A stretch of DNA of 57,701 nt from Pseudomonadota bacterium (GTDB lineage: Bacteria; Bdellovibrionota_B; Oligoflexia; Oligoflexales; CAIYRB01). Made by a program: the position numbers and the translations under genes. How positions within the stretch are numbered: the stretch's first letter is position 1; each line of letters begins with the position of its first letter. The stretch is from positions 1-57,701 of the forward strand of contig JANOTL010000111.1 of the NCBI GenBank assembly GCA_031416315.1, written 5' to 3'. Below are positions 18,001 to 31,431 of the stretch, in pieces. The notes under the pieces are model-generated. The model was not told the origin of the DNA and did no database searches. It saw only the letters and a list, made by a program, of their open reading frames with translations.

Positions 18001-19581
18001 TCAGGGCGCGACGAGGTTGTAGGTCTGGGGCGCGTGGGGCAACAGGGGCCGCCCCGCACCCGGCGTCGGACGTTTGAGGAGCAGGCGCTGTCGACTCGGC
18101 CGTGATCCCGAGAAGATCGATCCGTTCTCCAACTTGATGGTCATCTTGCCCGTATAGAAGTCGTAAGAGCCGCCGGCGATCGGCAAGTTGGGTGTTATCT
18201 GCGGCATCCTCATGTACCCCTTGAAGTTCAAAGGAGAAAATGGATTCGCGCTGCCGTCGGAGGCGCTTTCACGCGCCACGCGCAGACCTAGGACCCAGTC
18301 CGGGCCGTCGTATCGCGCAGCCACAGGCTCGAAGACCTTGGCGCCGCTCGGAAGCTCAGGAGCGCCACTCTTACGCATGATGAACTCGCCAACGCGCCCA
18401 AAGAGGAGCGAATACCAGACTCCCTTGATCTCCCCGTTTGCGAGACTCGTAACCTGAACGATCGCGTCGACGTCGCTGCCCACCCGTTGAAAGACGACCT
18501 GCGGCGAAAGCAGATTGTACGTCTGTTCGTCGAACCGGTAGGCGATCGACTCCGCCGACCGATAGGGGCCGAAGTACAACGTTCCAACGGCCGACATGCG
18601 CAGCTGGCGCGTCCCAGAGCCAGGATCGGAGTCCTGAAAGGTAACGATGTTTACTGAGGCAGGCTGGAACACGTCGAGGCGCTCGTGATGTACGTACCCA
18701 ACGTACTCCCCCTGAATGCCTTCAACGGGAGTCTCGACGGCCGTGCCGTCGCGGCCCGGCTCCGGAGCGCGCGGCCACGACGCCACCTGCCGCGGCGTCC
18801 CGTGATCGGTTGCCGTCACGGCTTCGCGCGACCAGCGCCGCAGCTCGCAGTCGTTACAGGTCAGGCCGTCCGTTGCAACGGAACAGTCGAGATCATTGGC
18901 CTGCCCGTAAAGCGACAGGCGCCCGGCGTGAAAGTCATAGGACCCAGAATCATAGACGTTCCAGACACAGCTGGTCGTCGTGCCGAGGCAACCGCTCGGG
19001 TCATCTTCCGCGCGCTGCGCGGTGATGTCGTATGTGCCGAAGGGTGAGCCGCCGCCCGAGGCGCCTTCGCTAGATCGCGTCGTTTGAATCTGAAGCCGGG
19101 TGCTGATGCCGCGGCAGATGCCGCGGTACTCGCCCCAAACCGGTTGGATCAACGGCAAAGTCGAATGCGCTGCCTCTCCTTGGTTCAAGGTCAATCGACC
19201 GATGTCGCCGGCCACGGCCGAGCGCAGCTCGCCTTCGATCCGCGAACCGTTGAAGGAGCGAACTACGAGTGTGACGTCCTGATCGGGTTGATCGAAGATC
19301 AAGGTCCCGTTCAGAAGATCGTAACGGACGTCGTCGAAATGATAGGTGACATACTCCGTGCTGGAGAAGTCGCCGAAATAGACGCTGAGGATGCCGACCA
19401 GGCGAAGCTCGCGCGAGTCTTGGCGCGAGACGACAAAGTCGAGCTTGGCGAGTTGTTGTTGGCCAAGAGCGGCGTGCTGGAGGGTGCCGCTGAATCGGCC
19501 GAAGGAAGGGGCACCGATGGCGGTCGTCGCGCTGACGCAGGTGATAAGCAGCGCAAGAACGCAAAGGAAACGTGAAGACAT
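18001..19581 (-). CDS. Secreted beta-repeat protein (4 repeat units), paralog of 31432..33099
   Basis: RBS AGGAG, signal peptide, 'FGRFSGTLQH..LGQQQLAKLDF', 'YFGDFSSTEYVTYHFDDVRYDLLNG', 'GEYVGYVHHERLDVFQ', 'GSYDFYTGK'. Confidence 0.8.
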   Translation of the reverse strand: MSSRFLCVLALLITCVSATTAIGAPSFGRFSGTLQHAALGQQQLAKLDFVVSRQDSRELRLVGILSVYFGDFSSTEYVTYHFDDVRYDLLNGTLIFDQPDQDVTLVVRSFNGSRIEGELRSAVAGDIGRLTLNQGEAAHSTLPLIQPVWGEYRGICRGISTRLQIQTTRSSEGASGGGSPFGTYDITAQRAEDDPSGCLGTTTSCVWNVYDSGSYDFHAGRLSLYGQANDLDCSVATDGLTCNDCELRRWSREAVTATDHGTPRQVASWPRAPEPGRDGTAVETPVEGIQGEYVGYVHHERLDVFQPASVNIVTFQDSDPGSGTRQLRMSAVGTLYFGPYRSAESIAYRFDEQTYNLLSPQVVFQRVGSDVDAIVQVTSLANGEIKGVWYSLLFGRVGEFIMRKSGAPELPSGAKVFEPVAARYDGPDWVLGLRVARESASDGSANPFSPLNFKGYMRMPQITPNLPIAGGSYDFYTGKMTIKLENGSIFSGSRPSRQRLLLKRPTPGAGRPLLPHAPQTYNLVAP

Positions 19582-19601
19582 GGGAATCTCCTATCTGACG
19601 A

Positions 19602-19623
19602 CGTCCCGCAACAATGCGGGACG
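19602..19623. other. Perfect 9-bp intergenic hairpin
   Basis: CGTCCCGCA-ACAA-TGCGGGACG. No U-tract on the coding (minus) strand, so possibly an mRNA stabiliser or pause site. Confidence 0.5.
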
Positions 19624-19649
19624 CCGCGACGTCTGTCGAGCGAGCGAGC

Positions 19650-23089
<3,440 letters not shown>

Positions 23090-23093
23090 TTAG

Positions 23094-24119
23094 TCAGTGG
23101 CCGTGGCCGGCTTCCGATTTCAAGAGCTCGGCCTTCACGAGATAACTGTTGGCAGCGGCATAATTTTCGCCCGCCGCCAGCCCCTTCTTGACCTCGACGA
23201 GCTCCTTGTCGGCGCGGCCGAGCTCGACTTGGCGAATGCCAAAAGCGTCGCCGTCCGCGTGCCGAACGAAGACGACGTCCGCGCCTTTGAGCTCGTGAAC
23301 CGCGCTGCGATGGACCGTGACTGGAGCTGCTAGCTCGCCAAGCGCAATCTCACCCTCGATGAAAGCACCTGGACGCCACTTTGCATCGGCATTTTCAAGC
23401 ACCGCGCGAACGAGGAGAGATTGGGTGTCTTCATCGACCAAAGGCGAGACGAACGTGATCGTCGCAGTCGCTGAGGCCGTCCCCATCGTCTCGCGAAGGC
23501 TCACCGACTGGCCCGCCTTGACGAACGCAGCGTCCCCATCCGGCACGAGAAACTCGGCCCAGACGCGGTTCAGATCGGTTACGACGAAGAGGGGCTCCTT
23601 ATCCGACGCGTAGCCGCCGGCCCCGACGCGGACGGACGTGACGACGCCGTCGATCCCGCTGCGGACCTCAATCGCGGCGCGAGTAGCAGCGCTCTCAACG
23701 GAGGCCAACGTGTCGCCGCGCCGGACCCGATCGCCGAGCTTCTTGTAGGACCGCGTCACAATGCCCCCGAAGCGCGGGGCGATCTCCGCGGTTTGATCGC
23801 GATTCACCGCGACCTGGCCTCGAACGCGCAGCAGTGAGCGAACCGTTCCGGCCGCTGCGTTCAGGAGCTCGATTCCGGCAGTCGACACCTGGTCATCGTC
23901 AAGAGCAATGGACTCGCTGCCCTCGACGTGGGCGGCTTCTCCACTCGCGGAGGCGGCCTCTTCTGCGCCGCCGGCGTCATGTCCGCCGCCGTGATCGTGA
24001 CCGTCCCCGGATGCGGACTTCTTCACAGTGAGGATGAGAACGGCGCAGACAACCCCGAAGGCCAGCAGACCGAGCGAAATCAACTTATCAAGGTATTCAC
24101 CACCGCGGATCTTGATCAC
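23094..24119 (-). CDS. czcB: CzcB-type periplasmic adaptor
   Basis: N-terminal TM, HDHGGGHD, 'APRFGGIV', 'KWRPGAFI', 'NSYLVKAELLKSEAGHGH'. Confidence 0.9.
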   Translation of the reverse strand: MIKIRGGEYLDKLISLGLLAFGVVCAVLILTVKKSASGDGHDHGGGHDAGGAEEAASASGEAAHVEGSESIALDDDQVSTAGIELLNAAAGTVRSLLRVRGQVAVNRDQTAEIAPRFGGIVTRSYKKLGDRVRRGDTLASVESAATRAAIEVRSGIDGVVTSVRVGAGGYASDKEPLFVVTDLNRVWAEFLVPDGDAAFVKAGQSVSLRETMGTASATATITFVSPLVDEDTQSLLVRAVLENADAKWRPGAFIEGEIALGELAAPVTVHRSAVHELKGADVVFVRHADGDAFGIRQVELGRADKELVEVKKGLAAGENYAAANSYLVKAELLKSEAGHGH

Positions 24120-25477
24120 GGGGAAACACCTCCGTCCTTCGGAGCTTTGTGTGAGTGCGAACCCGGCATCGCCTCGATCGCGAGCGGCGCGCCTAGCGTT
24201 CTTTCAAGCTCGAGACGCAGTTTGATGAAGTCGTAGTCGAGGGCGACGCGGCGCACCTCCGCCTCGGACCAAAGCTCTGAGGCAGCCTTCAGGTCGGCGG
24301 AGTTCTTGAATCCGCGCTTGTATTCGCTGAGGACGGAGGAATAGTACCGTCGAGCGTTTTCTAAGACGTCCCGCTCGAGCTCAGACCGAATCTGGATCGT
24401 GCTCAGGTTGCGAAAGCGAACCTCGACGTCGCGAATCGCCTCGTTGATCTCGTATTTCAGCTCGGCCTCGGCGCGAAATGAGCCCGCTTCGCGCTCGCGC
24501 TCTTCCCACGAAGCATCGCGTCCCGTAAAGAGCTCCAGCCGAGCCTGAAGCAAGACGGTCGCGGTCGGCTTGTTGCCCCCCCCGCCCTGATCGGACGCCT
24601 GATAGCCGTAGCGAGCCTCGACGTCGACCTGGGGAAGGCTTCGGCCTTCGGCGACGCGACGCTCGAGCGACGCAATTTCAACGTCCCGCGCCGCGATCTT
24701 TACCGGGCGCGCGGTCGTCTTCAAGCGCGCCAAGTAATCCATCAGCTTCCCCAAGACGTGCTGATGCTGCATTTCGCCAACCGGACGGATTGCTGCACCG
24801 ACCTCGTCGCCAAGCAGCCGCTTGAGGTCGCTTCGCGCATCCTCGAGCTCCTGCTTGAGCGCCACGAGCTCGGAGCGCAGAGTTGCGCCTTCGAGCTGGA
24901 ACTCCATGACGTCGGTCTCCGAGATCGATCCGAGCATGCGGCTACGCTTCACGAGGTCCTGATGGGCTTCGTTGCGGGCAAGTGCGCGATCCTTCGCCTC
25001 GATCATCGTCTTCCGAAAGAGATATTCGTGAAACGCCGCTTCGACCTCGATCCCGAGCTCATGCTCGACCGCGTGGAGCTCCGTCGCGGCCTTTTCGATC
25101 TCCAGCTCGGCGATTTTATCGCGATAGACATCGCGATACCCGTTGAACAGGTTGTACGTTCCGTAGACGTAGCCGATGCCAATGGCCTCGGCCTCAGGGG
25201 GCGCCGCTTCGACCTCGGCACCGGCACCAATGCCCGCGCGGGGACGAAATGCGGAACGCGAGCGCTCACGACGGGCGGAGGCTTCTTCGACGGCATGGCG
25301 AAGCGCTTTGACGCGTTGATTGTTCTCGACCGCGTAGCGCTTTGCCTGGGCTAGGTCGAGCTTGGATCGGTTCAGCGTAGTCTGTACAGGTGCCGATTTT
25401 TGCGCTAGCGCTGTCGCCTCTGCGAGGAGAAGCGAAGAGGCGAGCACTAATGCGAATGAAGTTCCCCTAGTCGTCAT
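24116..25477 (-). CDS. czcC: TolC/CzcC-family outer membrane factor
   Basis: Signal peptide, 'SAFRPRAGIG', 'YNLFNGYRD', 'SLPQVDVEARYG', 'EYKRGFKNSADL'. Confidence 0.85.
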   Translation of the reverse strand: MTTRGTSFALVLASSLLLAEATALAQKSAPVQTTLNRSKLDLAQAKRYAVENNQRVKALRHAVEEASARRERSRSAFRPRAGIGAGAEVEAAPPEAEAIGIGYVYGTYNLFNGYRDVYRDKIAELEIEKAATELHAVEHELGIEVEAAFHEYLFRKTMIEAKDRALARNEAHQDLVKRSRMLGSISETDVMEFQLEGATLRSELVALKQELEDARSDLKRLLGDEVGAAIRPVGEMQHQHVLGKLMDYLARLKTTARPVKIAARDVEIASLERRVAEGRSLPQVDVEARYGYQASDQGGGGNKPTATVLLQARLELFTGRDASWEEREREAGSFRAEAELKYEINEAIRDVEVRFRNLSTIQIRSELERDVLENARRYYSSVLSEYKRGFKNSADLKAASELWSEAEVRRVALDYDFIKLRLELERTLGAPLAIEAMPGSHSHKAPKDGGVSP

Positions 25478-26372
25478 TTCGTGCCCCGGCGATGACCCGC
25501 GCAACAACTTCCGCGACTGGTAGCGCGATGACGTCCTCACCCGCAACGACACCGCCGAGAATTTCGACGAGATTGGGATCGCTGCGTCCGATCCTTACGG
25601 AGCGGCGCTTGAAAACCTCCCCGCTGCGCACGAAGAGCTCGATCTCGCGGGAGCGGTCGCTCGGGTCGAGCGCCGACCGCGCGATCGCGACCGGAGCTTC
25701 GATGCGCCCCACGACGATCGAGCCCGTGACGAACTGACCGACTCGCCATTGTCCCTCACCATTCGCGATGGGTACGAGCGCGTACGCCGTCCGGCTGTGC
25801 TCGTCCAAATACGGCGAAACGTACGCGATCGCCCCTGCGACGGTAAGGGATCGATCGGCGGAGCGAATGTGGATCGGTTGTCCTTGGTTGAAGCGTGGCA
25901 AGTCGCGAGGATAGGCCACGAGCCTCGCGATCAGCGTCGAGACGTCGGCCACGATGAAGGCTTCGACGTCGGAGTCGATGGACTGTCCGGCAGCGATGCT
26001 GCGCGCAAGGACCACTCCTGGTACGGATGACGCCAGTTCGAAGGACTGGACCCCGATGCTGCTCTCGACCCGCGCCAATGCCTCGCCGGCGCGGACCCGA
26101 TCCCCGACCGAACGAAAAACGTCGCGTACGACGCCAGGGTAGCGCGCGTGAACGTGCTGCGAGCGCATCGGATCGAGATCGACTTTGCCGGCCAGCTCGA
26201 GCGTTTCCGCCAGCGTCGCAGCCTCTGCCTTTGAAATCGGCAGCGCCAGTTTCGTGGCGACGGCGACCGACAACTCGTCGGCCGCGCTATCCTTCGCCGA
26301 TGCGCCAGCCGTAGCAAGCAACCCGAACACCGAAAAAAGTACCGGAAATGCTAATGTAATCCGCAGGCCCAT
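25467..26372 (-). CDS. Second CzcB-like periplasmic adaptor
   Basis: TGATG-coupled start at 26372; 'HVHARYPGVV', 'GQWRVGQFVTG', 'VEILGGVVAGE'. Confidence 0.85.
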   Translation of the reverse strand: MGLRITLAFPVLFSVFGLLATAGASAKDSAADELSVAVATKLALPISKAEAATLAETLELAGKVDLDPMRSQHVHARYPGVVRDVFRSVGDRVRAGEALARVESSIGVQSFELASSVPGVVLARSIAAGQSIDSDVEAFIVADVSTLIARLVAYPRDLPRFNQGQPIHIRSADRSLTVAGAIAYVSPYLDEHSRTAYALVPIANGEGQWRVGQFVTGSIVVGRIEAPVAIARSALDPSDRSREIELFVRSGEVFKRRSVRIGRSDPNLVEILGGVVAGEDVIALPVAEVVARVIAGARNDD

Positions 26373-27154
26373 CAGAACGTGAACCGCGCGCCGACGTCCC
26401 AACGGACACAGCTGAATTCCTGCCCTTCGGCGAAGGCTTGATCGTAGCCGACCGAAGCGACCACGCCATCGAAGCCCTGCTCTCCGACCGGAGCCGGAAA
26501 CAACGAAGTCCCTAAGCTTGCACTCGCCACAGGCGCCGTAGACGACTGCTCGATCCCGTCGAGGTTGCCGCTTTGCGCAATACGCATGACCCCCACGCCG
26601 GCGCGAGCCAAAGGGCGGATCAAAGCTGTCGGATGCCGACGCCACTCCGTCTCGACGCTGGCCACCGCCATACCTGCCGTCAGGACGACGTCGTCTTTCG
26701 CCAGCACCCCTGACGTCGATCGTGCCTCGAGAATCGCCTGACGCGAGAAGTACGAGACACCGACATCGAAGCGCGTGGAAAAACTCGCCGTCTCCGCGAA
26801 ATCGACCGCCGCCCGAATGCCGCCGCCGTTGAGGGCGTCGACCTGACCTTGGTAATCGACTTCATAATACTCATTGCGCAAGACGAGCTGCGACGGCGCC
26901 ATTTGTCCGAACGTGGGTACAATGCCGATGCCGATGCGCTGGCTCCGAACGGGGGCATTGACGGTCGAGTTGACGGATGATTCGTAGATTTTACTGGCTA
27001 GTTTGGGGTCGATCTCGAACTGCACCCCTTCCGCCCGACCGAGCAAGCCTTTGCTGGACGCGCGAATGCTGAGCTCGTCCTCCGTTTGAGCAAGAGCTAG
27101 CGTTGGAAGCGTGAGCGCCAAGAGAGTCGACGCGTTGGCGAAGAAGTGACTCAT
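26372..27154 (-). CDS. Putative outer-membrane beta-barrel protein
   Basis: Signal peptide, amphipathic strands, C-terminal 'WDVGARFTF' (BAM-type signal). Confidence 0.7.
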   Translation of the reverse strand: MSHFFANASTLLALTLPTLALAQTEDELSIRASSKGLLGRAEGVQFEIDPKLASKIYESSVNSTVNAPVRSQRIGIGIVPTFGQMAPSQLVLRNEYYEVDYQGQVDALNGGGIRAAVDFAETASFSTRFDVGVSYFSRQAILEARSTSGVLAKDDVVLTAGMAVASVETEWRRHPTALIRPLARAGVGVMRIAQSGNLDGIEQSSTAPVASASLGTSLFPAPVGEQGFDGVVASVGYDQAFAEGQEFSCVRWDVGARFTF

Positions 27155-29151
27155 CGTTTAGTGACCTCGAAGCGGGCGACTTCGCCCAAATTGGCGTGTT
27201 CGAGCGTGCCGGTGATCATGCTCGCCCCGACGGAGCCCTTCAGCGTCAGCGTGATCTGACCCTCGGCGCGTCCGCTGATTTGGCGGCTGTAGACGTCGTA
27301 CTGAACGTCGCGCAAGTCGAGCTCGAAGTATTCGTCGGAATCGATCTCGCTGAGGTAAAGGCGCATCGAGCCTTCGACCTTCAATCCGCGCTGGCTCGAC
27401 AGATCAGGGCTGGTCACGAGGCCGAGTGTCATGCTTTCAGGTAAGCTCGCCTGGGGATTAGTGCTGACGATCGTCCCGGCGAAGTTGCCCTCGAGCGACG
27501 TCATGGGTGCGGCTTCGGTCGGCACTGGAATGGTCCCTGCCAATGCCAGGCGCACGGCCCCCATCCGACCGCGACGAGCCGAGATCCATTCTCCTTCGAA
27601 CGTGCCGGCGTCTAGGTGACCCTTCAGCGTGATCTCCGAGTCCTCACTGCCAAAGGCGACGTAGCCAGTCATGGGATCGAAACTGACCGCATCGAACACA
27701 TAGACGAGCTTTTCGTCGACTCTGACGTCGCCAAAGAGAAGCGTCACCGTTCCGCGAAGGCGGAGCGCGTCAGTGCCGCCGAGGCTCGTCGTAAGAGTCA
27801 AGGTCCCGGTCTGGTAGCCGGAGATGGCATCCCAATCGAAGTAGCCTCGATAGTCCCCGGCAAGCGATGCGGGTTCGCCTTGCGGCGCAATGCGCGTACC
27901 GGTCAGGATGCCGACCTCGCCGTAGGTATCTTCTTGGATGCGGCCGGTGACGCCGGCTGCGTCAAGCGACAATGTGAGCGTCAGTTTCGGGTCGTCTGCA
28001 GTCTTCAAGACGATCTGACGAGAAAAGAGCCGCAGCTCAACATGCGAAAACGGCAGTTCGAGAAATTCGTTGCCCCCGTAGTTGCCATAATAAAGGCGCA
28101 AGTTGCCAGTGATACCGAGGTTCCCCGCATCCTCGTTGCTCGAGGATGCGATCAGCGTCACGAGCGCGCGCGGCGGCAGCCGCGTCTGCGGGTTCTCGTC
28201 GACGATGCTCGCGTAGTAGGCTCCCGTGATCGCCGGCAACGCCTCGGCGCCCGCGGGGGGTTCCGGAGCTTTGCCACGCCGGAAGGTTGCGGAGCCGACG
28301 TCGCCCAAGAGCTTCGATGTCATCGCGCCGCGAATACCGTCTTCGGCGACCGACCCGACGTAAGCGAGCTCAGTCGTTCCGCTACGCATCGTGATCGTGC
28401 GCGTGAACGGATTGAATTCGACCGCGTCGAACGGATAGAGCAGGCTTTCGCCCCCTCCCGGATTTCCCGTCGATAGCCTTAGATTCCCCGTCAGAGTGAA
28501 ACGGTCGGGGAGCCCTTGCGCAAGCGCGATGCTCAACGCCGCATGCTGATAAGTTTTGCCGTCGGACCAAACGAAGAGCCCATCGTATTCGCCGCCGAGC
28601 TCCGGCGTCGTCGGCTGCAGTGACAGGGCGTCCCCGCTCGCGACGGCCATCGCACCGGAGCTAGAAGAAGCCGGCGACGTCCAGGTTCCGGTGTATCCGG
28701 TCGCCGTCCGCTCGAGCGCTAGAACGAGATCTTTGTAGACTTCGTTTTGGGCGACGAGGTCGAGCCGGCCGCTGTTCGGCTCGAAGTCGGCTCGCTCGAC
28801 GGCAAAGGCGATGAAGCCTCCGTCAGCGCGCGGACCGTAGGTCATGCGCACGGACCCGGCGACGACCGGGATGAGCACCGGATCGATCGACCCGGCCGAC
28901 GTGTCCGGCACGTCCTTCATTTCAAGCAGCAGGGAAACGTCCTGACGAACGTCTCCCAGCATCATCTCGCCGTGGAATTCCCCTGCGGCGCGTGTGAGCT
29001 CCCGACGCTTGATCTCGGCATCGACTCGCAGCTGCTCACGATTCGCCTCGCGGTCGCTCATGCTCTTCTTTGAGCAGCCTCCGGCACAGCCGGTAAGCAA
29101 GAACGCGATAGTCGCGATGCTGAGCCAGAGTTTCCTCGATCGTGTCGTCAT
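27151..29151 (-). CDS. Lipoprotein with five beta-repeat units
   Basis: Lipobox LLTG|C. Units begin GEFHG, GEYDG, GAYYA, GDYRG, GNFAG, most with 'L.L(Y/F).G.....E...(Y/L).F..V.F'. Confidence 0.8.
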   Translation of the reverse strand: MTTRSRKLWLSIATIAFLLTGCAGGCSKKSMSDREANREQLRVDAEIKRRELTRAAGEFHGEMMLGDVRQDVSLLLEMKDVPDTSAGSIDPVLIPVVAGSVRMTYGPRADGGFIAFAVERADFEPNSGRLDLVAQNEVYKDLVLALERTATGYTGTWTSPASSSSGAMAVASGDALSLQPTTPELGGEYDGLFVWSDGKTYQHAALSIALAQGLPDRFTLTGNLRLSTGNPGGGESLLYPFDAVEFNPFTRTITMRSGTTELAYVGSVAEDGIRGAMTSKLLGDVGSATFRRGKAPEPPAGAEALPAITGAYYASIVDENPQTRLPPRALVTLIASSSNEDAGNLGITGNLRLYYGNYGGNEFLELPFSHVELRLFSRQIVLKTADDPKLTLTLSLDAAGVTGRIQEDTYGEVGILTGTRIAPQGEPASLAGDYRGYFDWDAISGYQTGTLTLTTSLGGTDALRLRGTVTLLFGDVRVDEKLVYVFDAVSFDPMTGYVAFGSEDSEITLKGHLDAGTFEGEWISARRGRMGAVRLALAGTIPVPTEAAPMTSLEGNFAGTIVSTNPQASLPESMTLGLVTSPDLSSQRGLKVEGSMRLYLSEIDSDEYFELDLRDVQYDVYSRQISGRAEGQITLTLKGSVGASMITGTLEHANLGEVARFEVTKR

Positions 29152-29165
29152 CGGGAGCCCCTCAA

Positions 29166-29981
29166 TCATTGCGGAAGGCGGTTGATCAGAACTTTACCCA
29201 CTTCGCCGAGGCCGTCGGAGAGGACGACGCCGTCGAACTTGCCGTCATGGGTCATTATTCCTTTGAACGTCAAGCCGTACTCCGCGGTCTTGGCGGTCAT
29301 GAATCGATTGAAGTAGTTGAATTGGATGTCGTTGAACGCGAGCTCGACGAACTCTTGCGAGTCGAAATCACCGAGGTAGAGGCGCGTGTTGCCGGAGATC
29401 TTGATCTCGGGTCCGGTCGGCGTGTTGATCTGCGTCGTGACGAACGACATCGTAATGCGCGGCGGCAGATTGGACTGCGGATTAGTGTTCGTGAGCGTCC
29501 CCCGGTAGTATCCCGACAAGGTGCGCACGAGGACGCCGTCGCGCGGCGCTTCCGGACTGCCGGTTTTCTGGGCCTGGAATTCGCCCACCCGGCCGACGAT
29601 CGACGAGAACCATTCGCCTGTGATCTGGCCATCGCGCAGAAAGCCGATCATGCTGACGTCGTTGGCGTCGTCACGGATGCTGACCTGCCGCGTGAGCACG
29701 TTGAGCGGAACCTCAGGGTACTCATAGGTCATGAACTCGTTGGAATCCCAGTCGCCGAAATAGACTTTGACGTTGGCGGAGATCTTCAGCTGGCCGCCGA
29801 CGTTGATAGTGCGCAGTGTGATGTTCGCATACTGATAGAAGGCCGAGCCTTCGTGGCGAAGGACCGCCTTGTAGAGACCCCGGACCGAGTCGTCTTGGGC
29901 TTGTGCAGGACCCGCCGCGAAGTTGAGGAGGAAGACGAAGACGAATGCTGCTTTGCCTAGTACCGACCAGATCTGCTGCAT
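29166..29981 (-). CDS. Secreted protein with two beta-repeat units
   Basis: RBS GGAGAAAG, signal ...AQA|QDD, 'VYFGDWDSNEFMTYEY', 'LYLGDFDSQEFVELAFNDIQFN'. Confidence 0.8.
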   Translation of the reverse strand: MQQIWSVLGKAAFVFVFLLNFAAGPAQAQDDSVRGLYKAVLRHEGSAFYQYANITLRTINVGGQLKISANVKVYFGDWDSNEFMTYEYPEVPLNVLTRQVSIRDDANDVSMIGFLRDGQITGEWFSSIVGRVGEFQAQKTGSPEAPRDGVLVRTLSGYYRGTLTNTNPQSNLPPRITMSFVTTQINTPTGPEIKISGNTRLYLGDFDSQEFVELAFNDIQFNYFNRFMTAKTAEYGLTFKGIMTHDGKFDGVVLSDGLGEVGKVLINRLPQ

Positions 29982-30046
29982 GACTTTCTCCACGGGTTTG
30001 AAAACAGTCCCTATGTGACTCGCTGACCGACTGACCGCCAGCGACT

Positions 30047-30847
30047 TCACCGTTCCTTTGCCAACGTTGCGCGGTTGAGGCTCTCGCGATCGACCGCGAG
30101 CGCCCTTTCCAAAATCGCAGGGTCTTCCCCCTGCTCTTTCACGCTCGCGACGTGGGCAGCCATCGTGTCGACGATCTCCTGCATTGTCTCGAAGGCTTTC
30201 TCCCTATCGCCACTCGCGACGGAAAGGGCGTGAAGTTGACGGAGTGCCGCTTGTCGTACCGATCCGTCCTCTGCTGCCCGAAGAAGCTCGGTTTTGGCGC
30301 CATCGAGATCGCCGCTTTCGATCGCGAGCCTGGCCATCGCCAAATGGGAGCTTCCACAAGATGACTTACACGTCTCGAGGAACGCAGAAACGACTGCAGG
30401 AACCTCTTCGGAGCGTTTCGCAACTCTCAGAGCGTCTACGAGCTTCTCCATGATCAGGCTGTCGTCCGGCTTGGCTTCCGAGGCGAGCATCAGCCACCGC
30501 AAGGCCTCATTCCGATCGGCGTCTAGGTCCGCCACGAGAAGCGCGGTCTCGACGATCAGATCTGGCTCCGCACCTTGGAGACTTGCGAGCGCCTTCAAGG
30601 CCTCCAGTCCTTCAGCAACGCGCCCTGACCGAATTGCGTCGCGAGCTCGGTCCAGTGCGGGCGGCGGCGTGCCCTCGAAGGTGTGCGGCGCTCTCGGAGT
30701 CTCAGGAACGACCGCGGCAACTGGCGGAATCGAGCCGGACCCAGGCACAGGCGCCGCCGGCGCCGTAGGCGGAGCACGCCCATCCACCGTCGCCCAAACT
30801 CCGGCTCCGACGATCCCTGTGATGACGAGAATGGGAAAGACACGCAC
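30047..30847 (-). CDS. Membrane-anchored TPR-like helical protein
   Basis: N-terminal TM, Pro-rich linker, TPR-like pairs ('AIRSGRVAEGLEAL', 'LAIESGDLDGAKTEL', 'SGDREKAFETM'). Start uncertain. Confidence 0.6.
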   Translation of the reverse strand: MRVFPILVITGIVGAGVWATVDGRAPPTAPAAPVPGSGSIPPVAAVVPETPRAPHTFEGTPPPALDRARDAIRSGRVAEGLEALKALASLQGAEPDLIVETALLVADLDADRNEALRWLMLASEAKPDDSLIMEKLVDALRVAKRSEEVPAVVSAFLETCKSSCGSSHLAMARLAIESGDLDGAKTELLRAAEDGSVRQAALRQLHALSVASGDREKAFETMQEIVDTMAAHVASVKEQGEDPAILERALAVDRESLNRATLAKER

Positions 30848-30913
30848 GAATTCACCAGCAGAGCGTGATTTGAACCTCGTAACCTCGGCGCAGAGACGCG
30901 GCAAGGCGAGGAA

Positions 30914-31261
30914 TCACGTCAGCTGAATGATCGTCCGAAGGGCGGCCAGATGCGGAGCGTCCCATTGCGAGGCGGCCGAGCGGCTCCCAAGAGGATCCCA
31001 AACCACAACGAGGAGCTGATCCTGGAGCCGAGAATGGAGCGAACAGCAGAAATCCACGAGCTTCAAGGGCTGAGAAAAGTCGTCCTGCGCCTCGCGCACG
31101 GAGGCAGCCAAATGGGAGCTGGGACCACGCTCGCTGGAGCCGAACAAGCAGTACGAGGCGTGATGCTCCGTTGCCGCCAGGTCGTCCTTGGCATCGACAC
31201 AGGGCTGAAACAGCGTCCCGACCACGAGTACGGACAAGAGCAGACCGATGAGACATCTCAT
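30914..31261 (-). CDS. Small exported His/Cys protein heading the czc sub-operon (leader-like)
   Basis: Hydrophobic N-terminus MRCLIGLLLSVLVVGTLFQPC, EHHASYC, FCCSLH, C-terminal 'HLAALRTIIQLT'. Confidence 0.5.
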   Translation of the reverse strand: MRCLIGLLLSVLVVGTLFQPCVDAKDDLAATEHHASYCLFGSSERGPSSHLAASVREAQDDFSQPLKLVDFCCSLHSRLQDQLLVVVWDPLGSRSAASQWDAPHLAALRTIIQLT

Positions 31262-31431
31262 CAAGCTAAAGCTCTTGTCGGTCGTGTGAGACGAATTCAC
31301 CAAAGCCCTGCCGCGCAACGCATGTGCATGACGTAATGCCGCGAGGGTAGCACCGAAGGCAGTTGGCTGCAACACTGCTAGCGGCCAGATCTCAATAGAT
31401 AAATCGAGGTGCGGGTCGCTAGGCTCTGGGG